This document shows, in pieces, positions 15,571 through 28,459 of a DNA stretch of 64,000 nt; the stretch's first letter is position 1; every line of letters starts with the position of its first letter. The notes below the pieces were generated by a model. That model ran no database searches, had not been told where the DNA came from, and saw nothing but the letters and a program-made list of their open reading frames with translations. Location of the stretch: assembly GCF_009914755.1 (NCBI RefSeq), contig NC_060928.1; one strand, given 5' to 3'. This stretch comes from the human T2T-CHM13v2.0 reference genome, Homo sapiens. The position numbers and the translations under genes were made by a program.

Positions 15571-15959
15571 AACAATTTATCCTATTGTAAATTATACAAA
15601 TTGACCCAAGGAGATACACATTTTCTTCTAAGACACTCTCTTTCAGCCAAAGTGGTTTATTTGCTATTCATTAAATGCAGGGCACCATCATTCCTAGTCC
15701 CATTTTCTTCTAGTAGGAGCAGCCTTTCCCCAACTACACAGTTGGAATTGGAGAGCCAAAGAGAGTGCTGTAATAATTACATTAAGACTAGCAGCAGGGT
15801 ACAGGAACTATCCCAGGCAAATCTGGTCCTGTGGTTCTCCCTACCCAGATCTTCAGAAGGCTCATCCTTGCGATGCCCTTAGGACTTTGCTTAAGTGTCA
15901 GCTTATCCACTTCCCTGAGCATCCCCTAGTGAATTAATGAACTACTACTCATGCAAGCC

Positions 15960-18705
15960 CCCTTACCCTACTTGATATTTTGCCTCATATATTATGCATT
16001 TATTTGTTATATCTCTCCACCTGTCTTAGTTAATTTGTGCTACTACAACAAAATACCAGAGACAATTGTAAAGAACAGAAATTTGTTTTCCCATAGTTCC
16101 GGAGCTTTGGAAGTCCAAGATCAAGGAACTGTCAGGTTTGATTGTCTGGAGAGGGCTGCTGTCTGCTTCCAAGATGGCACCTTGTTGCTGCATCCTCTGG
16201 AGAGGAGGAGTGCTGTGTCCTTACAAGGTGGAAGGCATAAGGGCAAGAGGGCCAAACACCTAGTGAAGGCTCTTTCATAAGGGTTTTAATTCCACTAATG
16301 AAGAAGGATCCCTCATGACCTAATCACCTCTTAAGAGCCCCACCTCTTTATACCATCTCGTTGGTCATTAAGTTTTAACACCTGAATTTTTGAAGCAATA
16401 CATCCAAATTTATGTCCCTCTTAGATGAAAAATATATTCAGTCCATTCCCATAGCCCCTAAAGTATTAACTATTTCTAGTATCAACTTAAAAGTCTAAAG
16501 TCCAAAGTCTCATTTAAATATTTCTCAATCAGATATGGGTTAGATGCAAAGGTGTATATCATCTGTAGGCAAGTGTCCCTTTAGCTGTGAATCTGTGGAA
16601 TTAAAAAAGTTATGTGCTTCCAAAATATGGTGGTGGGATGGGCACAAGTTAGATGTTTCTGTTCCAAAAGGAGAAACAGGAAAGAAGAATGAGGTAACTG
16701 GTGTTAAGTAAGTCTAAAATCCAACAGGGCAAACAACACTCCATCTTAAGCCTTGAGAATAATCTTTGACTCCATGTCTCACATTCCAGGAACAATGGGG
16801 CAAGGGTTAGGTCCCCAAGGCTCCAGGGGACTACAACCCCATGGCTTTACTGAGTGTACCCCAAGCAGCTGCCCTCACAGATTGAAATTGGGTGCCTACA
16901 GCTCTCCCAGACTGGCATTCCGCATTGGTGACAGATCTAGGCTCTCTGAGGTGGCTCTGCTCCCATGGCTCCATTAAGAATTGCTCTACTGGGGGCTCTC
17001 TGCAGTGACCCCAACCCCTCGGCTCTGCTGGGCTTTTCCCAGGTTGGGGCCTTATTCAACACATGAGCAACATCCTCTCCCTGGGCCCCGATCCTCTCTG
17101 AGGGGCGTCCTTTGAAATCTTGGTGGAGGTGAAATCATGCCACCACAGGTCAAGGACTCTGTGAGCCTGTTGAATTAGCATCGTGTGGATGGATTCTCCA
17201 GTTTATAGCATTGTGGCTTACAGATCATGCCTTGCAGAGCAGTGGCCCGAGTTCTACCTGGCCCACTTTAGCCACCGCTGAAGTGGCCAGTGAGCGCTGT
17301 ACCAGAATATGGAAAGAAAGGACTTACAGTAACCTTGGGTGGAAAGCCCTGAGGCCCCACAGCCACCCTGGGCTCCTCTCTTCCAGCTGTTCTGTTCTCA
17401 AGGCCTAGCACTCTGGGTGTTTGATGGGTACTGCAGCTTCTAAAATGCCTTCAGTGTCGTGCTCCCATTATCTTAATGAATAATACCTGGCTTCCTTCTA
17501 TTCATAATAATCTTATCAAATGGTCTCTTGGGTATACCATTGGTTTTCTCTCCTAAACAAGCTTTTAAAATTCTGTACATGGCCAGGCTGAGCATTTTTT
17601 CAAATCTTTATATTTTACTTTTGTTTTAACTATAAATTCCTTCTTCAGTTTTTTTCTCTCTTCTCACATTTTACTATAAACAGGAGAATCCATGTAGCAC
17701 CCTGAATACTTTGCTTATAGAGATTTCTTCCACCAAATTTCCTAGTTCATTGCTTTTAAGTTCTGCCTCCTACAAAGTCCTAGGACATAGACACTGTTCA
17801 GACAAATTATTTTTCACTTTATAATGAGGACAGCCTTTTCTACAGTTTCCAATACCTTGTTTCTTATTTCCATCTGAGACTTCATTAGAATAGTCTTCGC
17901 TAACCATGTTTCTACCAGCATTCTGTTCACAACCACTTTAAGTAATCTTTGGGAAGAATGAACCTTTCCCTGTAGCTCTGCTCTTCTTCTGAGCCCTCAT
18001 CAGAATCACCCTTAACACTCCATTCATGGCAATAAAGGCTTTTTTCAACATTTACTTCAAAAGTTTTCCAGCCTGTAGCCATTACCCAATTCCAAATCTA
18101 CTTCCTCATATTTTGGTATCTGTTATAGCAACACCCACTTCTTTGGTACTGATTTCTCTCTTAGTCCATTTTTATGACTATAACAAAATATCACAGACTG
18201 AGTAATTTTTAAAGAACATAAATTTATTTCCTCACACTTCTGAAGGCTGAGAACTCCAAGATCAAGATGTGGGCAGGTTAGTTGTCTGGTGAGGGCTGTT
18301 CTCTGGTTCCAAGATGGCACCTTGTTGCTGCATCCTCTGGAAAGGAGTGCTGTGTCCTAAGATGGCAGAAGGCATATGGGCAAGAGGGCCAAACACTGAG
18401 TAAAGCTATTTTTATAAAAGGCTTAGTCCCATTTATGAGAAAAGAGCCCTCATGCTCTAATCACTTCTTAAAGGCCCTACAATAGTACTTAATAAGATCA
18501 TGTTGCCCATTAAGTTTCAACACCTGAATTTTGGAGGAGACATGCTCAAGCCATAGCACCACTTCTATGAGAGCAGGGCCCTCTCTGTTTAGTTTACTGC
18601 TGTATCTATCCTTGTGCCTAGAACAGACAGTGGCATGTCATAGGCATTCAGTAAATACGGTTGAATGAACCAATTTTTGAATTAATGAATGAATAAATGA
18701 ACAAA
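15960..18705 (+). mobile_element. L2 3' end split by the MST provirus (about 15960-16021 and 18564-18705)
   Basis: tttatttgttatatctctccac | ttctatgagagcaggg...gtgcctagaacag...ggcattcagtaaata...tgaatgaat. Confidence 0.75.
16022..18558 (-). mobile_element. Near-complete MST (MSTC-like) MaLR provirus: LTR about 16022-16408, internal region, LTR about 18156-18558
   Basis: Two similar ~400 bp direct repeats (ttccaagatggcaccttgttgctgcatcctctgga occurs in both); MST-int motifs between them; 5-bp TSD ccacc/ccact. Confidence 0.92.
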
Positions 18706-18779
18706 GCAGAAAAATTATATAGATCAATTTCCATAGAAAAAAATTGGAAGGGGATTAGCAGATGGATTCAGGTGAGACC

Positions 18780-19060
18780 GCATAGAATAACGGTTCTATG
18801 CTAGAGAATAGAACTTAATAATGCTTAAGTTCTAGAATATGACTGCCTGAGGTTCTTAGTTTTTTTTTTTTTTTATCTTATCTTTTTTTCCTGCATGGCT
18901 CTAGACACATATGGTTTGATTTCTTTATTTCCAGGTTTCCTCAGTTGCGAAATTAGGATGTTAATTATAGCTTTTGACATACAAGAAACATCAAAAAGAT
19001 TGAATGTCTTAATAAGAGTGAAGCATGTAGATCAGTGACTGCTATGTAAGTATTCTAATA
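18780..19060 (+). mobile_element. Degenerate MIR
   Basis: gactgcctgaggttc...gtttcctcagttgcgaaattaggatgttaat core-like motif. Confidence 0.5.
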
Positions 19061-19079
19061 TTATTTTGATCTTTTGAAA

Positions 19080-19905
19080 AAGAGATAATACCAACACTAC
19101 TTAAGCTATTCTGATGAGGAAAAGATAAGAATAGCATAACAGTAATGCTAAGCCTTATAAAGACTGACTAAATCTCACTTTTAACTAGAGAAATATCATT
19201 TATGACTACAGATTTTTAAAAGGCAAACTATTAGCAATCTGGAAATTAGCTGTGTGTCAAAAGAACACTGGAGTATGACCTATGAAAAAATATGAATGCA
19301 AAGGTAGTCAATAGTAAATTATCAAATTATATCATTATGTAAACACAACATAGGATTTTAAAAACTATAATTGTACAATCACGTTCTAAAAAGGCATTTC
19401 AAATAATTCAGCAGTCTTTCCTGATTAAAGTGCTAAATAAAATATAAATTTAAAAAACTTTTAAGTATAAAACAGGGTCTTCACCAAAGTCCAACCGGAA
19501 AAATTCTAAAAAGTGAACTTTTAAAGCCATTTTTATTAAAATAGGAATCAGACAGGTATGCCTATGATCACTGCAGATGTTGTTATTACTGTTAGTCAAC
19601 ATGAAAGTTTTAAAACGTTTGCGATAAGACAAGACAATAAACAACACTGACAAAAGATATAATAAAGTCAAAAGCTTTTCCATAGATTAGAAAAATATTT
19701 AATGTACAGAATATTTCTGCAAATTAATAAATGACAATTAGTAACAGAATTATTGGAAATATGAATAGGAAATTCACAGTAAAGTAAATTTAAATGACAA
19801 ATAAACATGAAAATATGTTCAACCTAGTAATAAGGAAATGTAAATTGTTTTAAAAGTTACAGAATACCTTTTCTATATCAGATTGGTAAATATAAAAAAA
19901 TTGAT
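19080..19905 (+). mobile_element. Ancient L1ME ORF2 fragments
   Basis: Degenerate motifs caaaggtagtcaata, ttcctgattaaa, ataggaatcagacagg, aaacatgaaaatatgttcaacc. Confidence 0.55.
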
Positions 19906-19919
19906 CATACAAACTGTTA

Positions 19920-20200
19920 ATAATAGCCGACATTTATAATCAAGTACTGATTTATGCTAGGGACTTTTTCATGTTCTATGTATATCAAGTCATATATTCT
20001 TTGTAACAAGCATATGACTAAAACTAATATTAGTCTAATATATCAATACTGGTATTATTATTCCTATTTTACACCCAATTAAACCAAGGAATATAGCAAT
20101 TTAGTAATTTACTCAAGGTCTCACAGGTGAAAAGTTGAAGAGCTATAATTGATCCCTAGCAGATTGACCCTAGAGATTGCTCCTTTAACCACTACACTAA
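19920..20200 (-). mobile_element. MIR SINE
   Basis: attattattcctattttacac...agtaatttactcaaggtctcacag...ctcctttaaccactacact. Confidence 0.75.
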
Positions 20201-20349
20201 ATTTTCTCATTGCTATCAGCAACATAGGTAAAGTGTCCTTCTCATATATAGCTCATTGAAATAAGAATTATTATAGTTTTTATAGAGTAACCCACACTAT
20301 TTATTGAAATTAGAACTATGGCCTTTGGCCCCTCACTTCACTTCTAGGT

Positions 20350-20562
20350 TTGACAATATTTATTTGTGAATAAGCATTCCAATAGGAATAACCACAAGCA
20401 AATTCAGGGAGGTAGAGGAACACACAGTTTTTAAAGGAAAAATGAGGAGGGTCACATACATTTTTTTAAGAAAATTATCCTTGGCTACAAGTATCAATAA
20501 TACGGGTGGCATCAGTCCAAAGTTGGACAGGCAGTTGCTGGGCAGATATCCTCATGGAAGTA

Positions 20563-20608
<46 letters not shown>

Positions 20609-20763
20609 CTCTGGTGGCCTTTGTGCAAGATTGTGTTTTTATGCAGAGTGTTTTGTGATAGTTATTTTATCAGACACAAATGCCTGAGGACCCTCCCCTC
20701 ATGGCCTTCCGCAGCTCCATTTGTCAGGGAAGTGGCTCCATTTTGATTCTGACAACTTTCACA
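20350..20763 (-). mobile_element. LTR37-like ERV1 LTR
   Basis: Ends ctccattttgattctgacaactttcaca; internal gttggacaggcagttgctgggcagat and ggcctttgtgcaagattgtg. Confidence 0.75.
20565..20607. repeat. (GT)n microsatellite
   Basis: About 21 perfect GT units seen directly. Confidence 0.98.
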
Positions 20764-21129
20764 CACTTTATAGGAAAAAAAAGTACATGAATGTAAAGAT
20801 GTGTACAAGATTGTTTATTGCAGCATGTAGTACTAAGGGGTGGATGCATAGCAATAGGTTTAATGATTGAAAACCTATTGTATACTTGTAATGAACTTTG
20901 TGGTTGTTTTTATAATATCCATTCCCATTTTCTTAGGATCAAATTTATTTTGACAATGTTTCAGCCTTCACCCTCTTGCCAATAGTTCATGTTCTTTGAG
21001 AGGGAGAGTAACAGTTGACTGCATTTCTAGTTTTAAAAGTGGTACATGTGACTGAGGCTTTATCACTGTTAGCAAATTATCAAAAGCAAATAATGTTGAA
21101 CATTGACTGAGAAAAAAACATAATTCTGG

Positions 21130-21250
21130 ACATCATCTTCAGAAAGTATGATTCAATAGCTCTAGAGTTACTCCTCCAAGAATCTATGTTTTCCTTTTTT
21201 GTTAACCAAGCTCTCCAGGTGTTTCTCATGCACAGACATGTTTAAAAACA
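21130..21250. mobile_element. MER5-like hAT MITE fragment
   Basis: tgattcaatagctctag...aagctctccaggtgtttctcatgcacag...tgtttaaaaac. Confidence 0.55.
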
Positions 21251-23194
21251 AGCATGAATATCGTAAATGTCAATGCTGTATGGTAAATATCACCTAGCTG
21301 AGACTATGAATTCATGGAGGAAAGTGTAATTAATTACTAAGGTCAGAGGTACAGGCAAGAGTTGACACTTTATTGATTTTTGAGTATTAAGTGAGATTTT
21401 GTTTTTGTGAGGAGCGTGTATGACCCCCCAAATAGAAGATAGTACAGAGTGGATTCTTGGAAGATGGTGCAGCATAAAGCATGTGAAATCTTTCTCCCTA
21501 ACTAGACAATAATTGCACTGGCACAATCTGTCTGATGTAACTATTTTGGAGCTCTACAGTGTATTGAAGGCTTGCAGTTGAAGACTTGGATGATAACTTG
21601 CAGTTAATTTCAGTAAATTTCAACTCTTGGCACAAAACCATCCATCCCCTACCTCTCAGCCACATGACAGGTAGATCTGCACATGTACCTGGAATAGCTT
21701 GAACATAGCTTGAAGAAGCCTGGGTGCACAAAAAGGACCCTTTCCTTTATATACTGGGGATCTATGCCCTGATTGTTACTTCTGATTGCAGATGCACAAA
21801 GAGGCTAAAGCCATTGTTGTTTTACCTCCTCCCATTGCTGCAAGCCCTTCCCCTTCTGACTGAAGTGACTGCCAGGGCCAATGACTTCCCCTTCACCTTC
21901 ATTTTTCTCTTTTTCCACTTTGTGAGCCAGACATTGAAGACTAGCTCATTGAAAAGAAACCACATACACGAGAAAATTAGAAAGTCACCACTCATGCCCA
22001 GGGGAAGGCACTGGCTCAGAAAAGGCCAGAGAATACATTAAGTTTGCCCCTCTGGTTTATTCTTGGCACAGAGATAGATAGCCTACAACAATCAAGAAAC
22101 AACAACAAAAAAAGCAGCAAATCCTGGTGAAGAGGAAGGATTCAATTTCCAGCATTGCTGTACCATTAGATTAACATGTCTAGTTTTCACCAGAAATCAT
22201 AAAGCATATTTACAAACCAGGAAAATATGGCTAATTCAAAGGAAAACCGCACAAACTTCCCCTGACAAAGAACTGATAGTGGAGCTATGAGACACAGACT
22301 TTGAACAACTGTCTCAAAGATGCTGACAGAACCAAAGCAAGACATGAAGAATGCCAAGAAGTCAATGTATGAAAAAAATAGAAACATAAATGAAGAGATA
22401 GAAAACCTAAAAAGAAAGAAAAAAAGAAAATTTGGAGCTGACAAAGAAAATAACTGAAATGAATAGTCACTAGAGGGATTCAAGAGCAAATTTGATCAAG
22501 CAGAAAAATCAGCTAACTTGAAGATAGGACCATAGAAATTATTGTCTGAGAAACAGAAAGAAAAAAGATTGAAATAAAGTGGACAGAGACTATGAGTCCT
22601 GTGGGACACCATCAAACAGATCAACATATACATTATGAAAATCTCAGGGGGGAAGAGAAGGAGGAAGAGGAAGAGAGAATATTTGAAGAAATCATGGCTG
22701 AAAACTTTTCAAATATAATGAAAGATATGGAAATAAACATCCGAGAAGTTCAATAGATTCTGAGTAGAATAAACTTAAAGATACTCAAAGTGAGATACAT
22801 TATGATCAAAGTATCATAATCCCAAAACAGATAATGTTGAAAGTAGCTTTAGAGGAGTGACTTACCACATAAAAAGGATCTCAATACTATTATCAGCAAA
22901 TTTCTCATCAGAAACCTTGGAGCATTTCCCCTATGGATAAGAGGAACTAAGGTGTAGAAAAAAATAGCAAAATGGCAGCAGTAGGTCCCTATTTATCAGT
23001 AATTGCTTTTAATGTAAATGAATTAAATTCTCCAACCAAAAGGCAGAGATCAGCAAAATAGAGTTTTTAAAATGATTCAACTATATGCCATCTACAAGAG
23101 ACTCATTTTAGATCCAGAAGGCAGTGGACTGATATATTCAAACTTCTAAAAGAGCAAACAAAGAAACAACATGTCAACCAATAACTGTATAACT

Positions 23195-23385
23195 GATTTA
23201 ATTGTATATTTTGAAATAACTAAAAAAGTATAATTAGATGGTTTGTAACACTAAGAATAAGTGCTTTAGGGAATGGATACCCCATTTTTCATGATGTAAT
23301 TATTACATATTGCATGCCTGTATCAAAATATCTCCTGTACCCCATAAACATATATAACTACAATGTACCAACAAAAATTAAAAAT
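23195..23385 (+). mobile_element. Short L1MA 3' end nested in the L1M ORF1
   Basis: aattgtatattttgaaataact...ggataccccattt...tgtaccaacaaaaattaaaaa. Confidence 0.8.
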
Positions 23386-24020
23386 GTTCTATAGCTGGCA
23401 AAACTATCTTTCAAAAGCTTACCACTAGAACTGCCCTGCAAGAAATGCTTAAGGGAGCCCTGCAGGTTGAAATTAAAGAACACTAAATAATAAGACATAA
23501 AGATCTCAATAAAGGTGAATACATATGCAATTATAAAAGCTAATGGTGTGGTAACTTTGATGTATGATTCTACTTTTTGTTCTCTACTCTATTTAAGAGA
23601 CTTACACATTTAAAAAAATTATTAGTGTCAAAGTTAGTATTATAACTTTAGTTTGTAAATTAACATTTTTTTCTACATAATGGTAGAGATGAATATATTA
23701 AAATTTATTAGTTTATGTTTCTTAAAACACAATGTGTAAAGATATAATTTTATAACATCGACAACTAAAAAAGGTAGTGCTGAAGCTGTTAAAGGTGCAG
23801 AATTTTTATGTTATTAAAATGAAATGGTATAAATTCAAATTGGTGTAACAACTTTAGGATGTTACATGTAATCCCCATGGTAACTACAGAAAAATAACTA
23901 AAGAGTATACTCTAAAGGAAATGAGAAAGGAATAGAAATATTTCACTACAAAAAAATTAGCTAAACAGAAAAAAAGATGGTAATGCAGAATATGAGGAAG
24001 AAAAAAGCTATAAGGCATAG

Positions 24021-24630
24021 AGTGGTTTCACTTTCCATGGTTTCAGTTTCCCATAGTGAACTGCAGTTCAAAAATATTAATCAATACTCTTGTGCTTTTG
24101 AACCAGAATTAAGTAAAATAAGGGTTACTTGAACATAAGTACTGCAATACTATGACAAATAAGCTGCTAACCAAGATGGTTATTAGGTGACTAATGACAA
24201 TCCAGGTAAAGATTTCATCCTGCTCTTCAGAATGACATGCAATTTAAAACTTATGAATTGTTTATTTTTGGGCTTTTCAATTATGTCACGATGCCTACAT
24301 AATTCACCTCATAAATCTCATCACATAGGGATTTTGTCATCTCACTTCATCACAAGAAGAAGAAGGGTGAGGACAGTGCAATAAATATTTTGAGGAAGAA
24401 ACACCACATTCACATAATTTTTATTACAGTAGATAGCTATAATTGCTCCATTTTATTACTACTGTATTTTTGTTAATCTCTTTCTGTGCCTAGTTTATAA
24501 ATTAAACTTTATCTTAGGTGGTTATGTGTAGGAAAAACCATAATGTATATAGTGTTTAGTACTATCCATGATTTCAGGCATCCACTTTGGGTCTGGGAGT
24601 GTATCCCCTATGGGTAAAGGGGGACTACTA
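24021..24630. mobile_element. MER44 (Tigger7-family) non-autonomous DNA transposon
   Basis: ggtttcactttccatggtttcagtt...caggcatccact...gtatcccctatgggtaaagggggactacta followed by TA; left TIR missing. Confidence 0.8.
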
Positions 24631-24990
24631 TATAGAAAAAAAATCAAAATGACAGAAATAAGACCCTACTACTTATCAGTAATTACTTTTAATGTAAATG
24701 AATTAAACCTTCCCATCAAAAGACAGAGATTGGCAAAATAAATGGAAAAAAACATGATCCAACTATATGCTGTCTACAACAGACTCACTTTAGAGCCCAA
24801 GATACAAATAAGTTGAAAGGGTGAAAATGGATATTCTATGCAAACGGTAATAAAAATTCAGAAGAATGGCTAAACTAATATCAGACAACATAGACTTTAA
24901 CTTTAAAAAGATTATGAGATGAACAAGGATATTACATATTAATAAAAGATTCAATATGGCAAAGAGACAATTATAAATATGTTTATTTTT

Positions 24991-25403
24991 TGTGATGGTT
25001 AATACTAAGTGTCAATTTGATTGGATTGACGAATACGAAGTATTGATCCTGGGTGTGTCTGTGAGGGTGTTGCCAACGAAGATTACCATTTGAGTCAGTG
25101 GGCTGAGGAAGGCAGACCCACACTTAATCTAGTGGGTGCAATCTAATCAGCTGCCAGTGAATATAAAGCAGGTAGAAAAACGTGAAAAGGTGAGACTGGC
25201 CTGGCCTACATCTTTCTACCATGCTGGATGCTTCCTGCCATTGAACAATGGATTCCAAGTTCTTCAGTTTTGGAAGTCAAACTGGCTCTCCTTGCTCTTC
25301 AGCCTGGAGACAGCCCATTGTGGGACCTTGTGATTGTGTGAGTTAATACTTAATAAACTCCATTCCATTAGTTCTGTCCCTCTAGAGAAACTTGACTAAT
25401 ACA
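24991..25403 (+). mobile_element. MLT2A (HERVL) solo LTR
   Basis: tgtgatggttaatactaagtgtcaa...tcctgggtgtgtctgtgagggtgttgcc...aataaactcc...tgactaataca. Confidence 0.92.
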
Positions 25404-25942
25404 TTTAATAACAGACTACCAAAATACATGAGGTAAGAAATGACTAAAGAACTAAAGGGAGAAATACACAGTTTTACAATAATATTCAGAGACTTCTATG
25501 CCCTACTCTCAATAATGGAGAGAACCACCAGACAGAATTATAACTAAGGAAACAGTGGACTTGAACCCATAATAAACCAACTATATCTAACATACATATG
25601 TGGAACATTCTACCCAACAACAATAGGATACACATTCTTCTCAGGTACATGTAGGACATAAGCCAATCACAAAATAACAAATACTGTATGATTCCACTTA
25701 TATGAGGTACATTGAGTAGTCAAAATCATGGGGACTGAAAGCATAATGGAAATTGCCACAGGCTGGGAGGAGAAAGGAATGGGGAGTAATTGTTTAATGA
25801 ATATAGAATTTCAGCTTTGCAAAACAAAAATAGTTTTAGAGATGAATGGTGGGGATGGTTGCACAACAATATGAATGTACTTAATATCCCCAAACTTTAC
25901 ACCTAAAATAGTTGTTACTCAAAATAATAAAAAGTAAATCAA

Positions 25943-25958
25943 TCTCTCTCTCTCTCTG

Positions 25959-26008
<50 letters not shown>
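25943..26008. repeat. Compound (TC)n(CA)n microsatellite
   Basis: Seen directly. Confidence 0.97.
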
Positions 26009-26009
<1 letters not shown>

Positions 26010-26010
<1 letters not shown>

Positions 26011-26660
26011 CAGACAGCACAAGCCAAAACAGGAAGGAACAAAGCACTTTCTATATTTGGGAAATAACAAAGGACCGGTGAGGCTAGACGGCATAGATAG
26101 TGGAGATAAGTCTAGAAAGTTGGGTAAATGTCAAATCTAGAAAAATAATTGATGCTATGTTATGGAGTTTTTTTTCCATTATAATTTAAAGCAAATACAT
26201 TTTTGGATTAAAAAAATAAAATGACCTTATTTGCTCTATGTCTTGGGAAAAATAATATGGAAATATAGATGGGAGAGGAAAGAGAATTGAGTAAGATACT
26301 TTGTATTTTTGGTATTTTGAGAAAAACTATTTCATCTATATTATATATAAATTGTTATATTCTAACAAAAGTTGATTTTTATGTACTCATTTATATCTCC
26401 TTTTAATAATATTGAGTACAAACCATTTCCCTAATAAGCATGTACCCCCAACCAGAATATTAAGAGAATACAGGGCTTTGGAGTGCCCAAGAAAGACATC
26501 ATGATTTGATATGAAAATAAGCCATTGTTTTGACCATCAGCAAATGATCTTAGCAAGTACAGATTCAGTGGAAAATAGAGGCAGAAGCCAAACTGCTGTG
26601 TGTGGAAGAATAAATGGTGGTTGAAGGGGTAAAGACAGCATCATTTTTCTTCAGGATGAT
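26010..26660 (-). mobile_element. Degenerate L2 fragments
   Basis: Purine-rich L2-like motifs (cagattcagtggaaaatagaggcagaagccaaactgc). Confidence 0.5.
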
Positions 26661-28459
26661 TAAGAGTGGCTGCTAGACCAGGAGGCCAGCTTGAGGGTAA
26701 CCAGATCATTTTAGCACAAATACAACCTAATGTAGCCAAGTTCTGAGAGAGCAAGCAAATTCATTCAACAGTCATCCAGCAAGAATGTCCCTCATCACTC
26801 CTTTGGTGCTGCACTTTCACACAGTATATCTGTAATGTGATCATGAAAAGTAATTAAAGAAACAGTCTGCACTGTCAGTAAAGCATTACATCTAAGTGCT
26901 TATTCAATGTTACTGCCTTTAGTCATCAGTATTTTCAAGAAAGAGTAAAATATTGTTCTTTTTTCTAAAAAGTAGTAAATCATCTAAATTAATTTTATCT
27001 TATTCTTATTTTCCTCCAAATGAGAACATGTGCTACTCCCCTTATCAGTTAATGATTTGCTGAGGTACATAGGATAAAATAGTCTTTAAAAAATCTTTTG
27101 TTTATGTTCATTGGTTTCCATTTTCTACCTCTATCTTCATCCTCATATTCAGCCTATTTTAAAATACTTCTTTCCTGAGTTCCATTCTTCCAGGCTTTCA
27201 CTAATGTAACCCTGTACATTACACTGGATATATTGGGGATTTTTGTTGGCTGGCATAAACTTACCACAAGAAAATTTTGTTTCTACATAATATTTTATGA
27301 AAGTACTAAAAGCTACCACTATCATCTCTTCTAGGGCCTGTGGTGGGCCAGGAAAATGACAAATTAGCTGCCAAATCTAATGAAAGGTTGATTAAATATA
27401 AAGGGAAGAAAAATTCAACCATCCTCATACACTGACAACTGAGGTTTCTTGCTTTTTTCTTTCCAAATGCCCTTCCAATGAGGGGAAGACAAAATTAATA
27501 TCTCATCCACGATTTCAGTCTGGCAGAAAATGAACCTCTTTTACAAACAGGTTGATTATTAATTAGCATTCCTAAAAGGTTGTTCATTTTGCTAATCTTA
27601 AACACTGAAATTGAAATTGCTGCAGATCTTGACAGGCACCCACTGAAAGTCCTCACTCCTTAAATAAGAGCTTCATCAGAAACTATCAAATCCTTTAGCA
27701 CAGATTTGTCCCGATTTTTAAGGCATACTTTTCTTGAGGCTTTAATTTTCACTTGATTCTATTTTACTATTTTTTTGTATTAATTCCCTCACACATTTTA
27801 GCTATTAGAAAGCCAGCATGAAGCGACGTGTTTTTGTAAAAAATAGATTTGCCTCAACAAATTTTTACTCAGATAAAGAAAGTGAAAATTAGATTTAGTT
27901 TGCAATTTTGAAGTAGAGATTTTAAAGGTCATTTATGTTGTGTGCATGTGTGTAGTGGTTGTGTGGTGGTGTCATTTCCTTTTTTTGTTTGCCAGAACCA
28001 TTCTGAAATAAAAAATGAGTGCAATATATTAGAAATAAAAGGTATCTGCTCTCTCATAATCTATAATTGGTGTGCTATTTCTCAATGTTTGTTCCATAGT
28101 AGATGCCATGGGTAATCAGCCATAATTATGGATTAAGATTCATCTTTTGCATATAGGTACCCTATTGTTTCAGCAGTATTTGTTGAAAAGATTGGATTAG
28201 AAGTTTTAATGTAGCAACAAAATTGCTGCTGTGACATGATAAAGTAAATGAACTGAATGTATAAGAATGTCTTCTAAAATCAAGCTTTCAAAGATGGTGT
28301 CTTTGAAAGAAATCAAGAGAAAGGGTTGAAGAAAGAGAGTGACATATGTACTAAAGCTATCAATGAATGAGTGAGAGCAGATAGCAACAAAAAACGATTA
28401 GCATGAAGCTTTGTCTTGTGGCATGAGTTTCAAAAGATCTGGTGCTTTTTGAAAGAGGA

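Larger units (their letters stand above)
21445..25930 (+). mobile_element. Old L1M (L1M3/L1MB-type) with 5'UTR, ORF1, ORF2 start, then a jump to the 3'UTR; several nested insertions
   Basis: 5' ttggaagatgg; ORF1 motifs ctgtgggacaccatcaa and tttgaagaaatcatggctgaaaactt; EN start ttactttaatgtaaatg; 3'UTR aaatactgtatgattccacttatatgagg from about 25660. Confidence 0.8.

Noticed and set aside
15313-18835. Isolated small hairpins (ggtctctga...tcagagacc near 15313; tagaacttaa...ttaagttcta near 18809)
   Set aside because: Stems of 9-10 bp are expected occasionally in 64 kb of AT-rich DNA and have no supporting context.
28136-28195. Small minus-strand L1 fragment that may continue the plus-strand piece ending near 28790
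   Set aside because: Too short and diverged to establish an inversion by eye.
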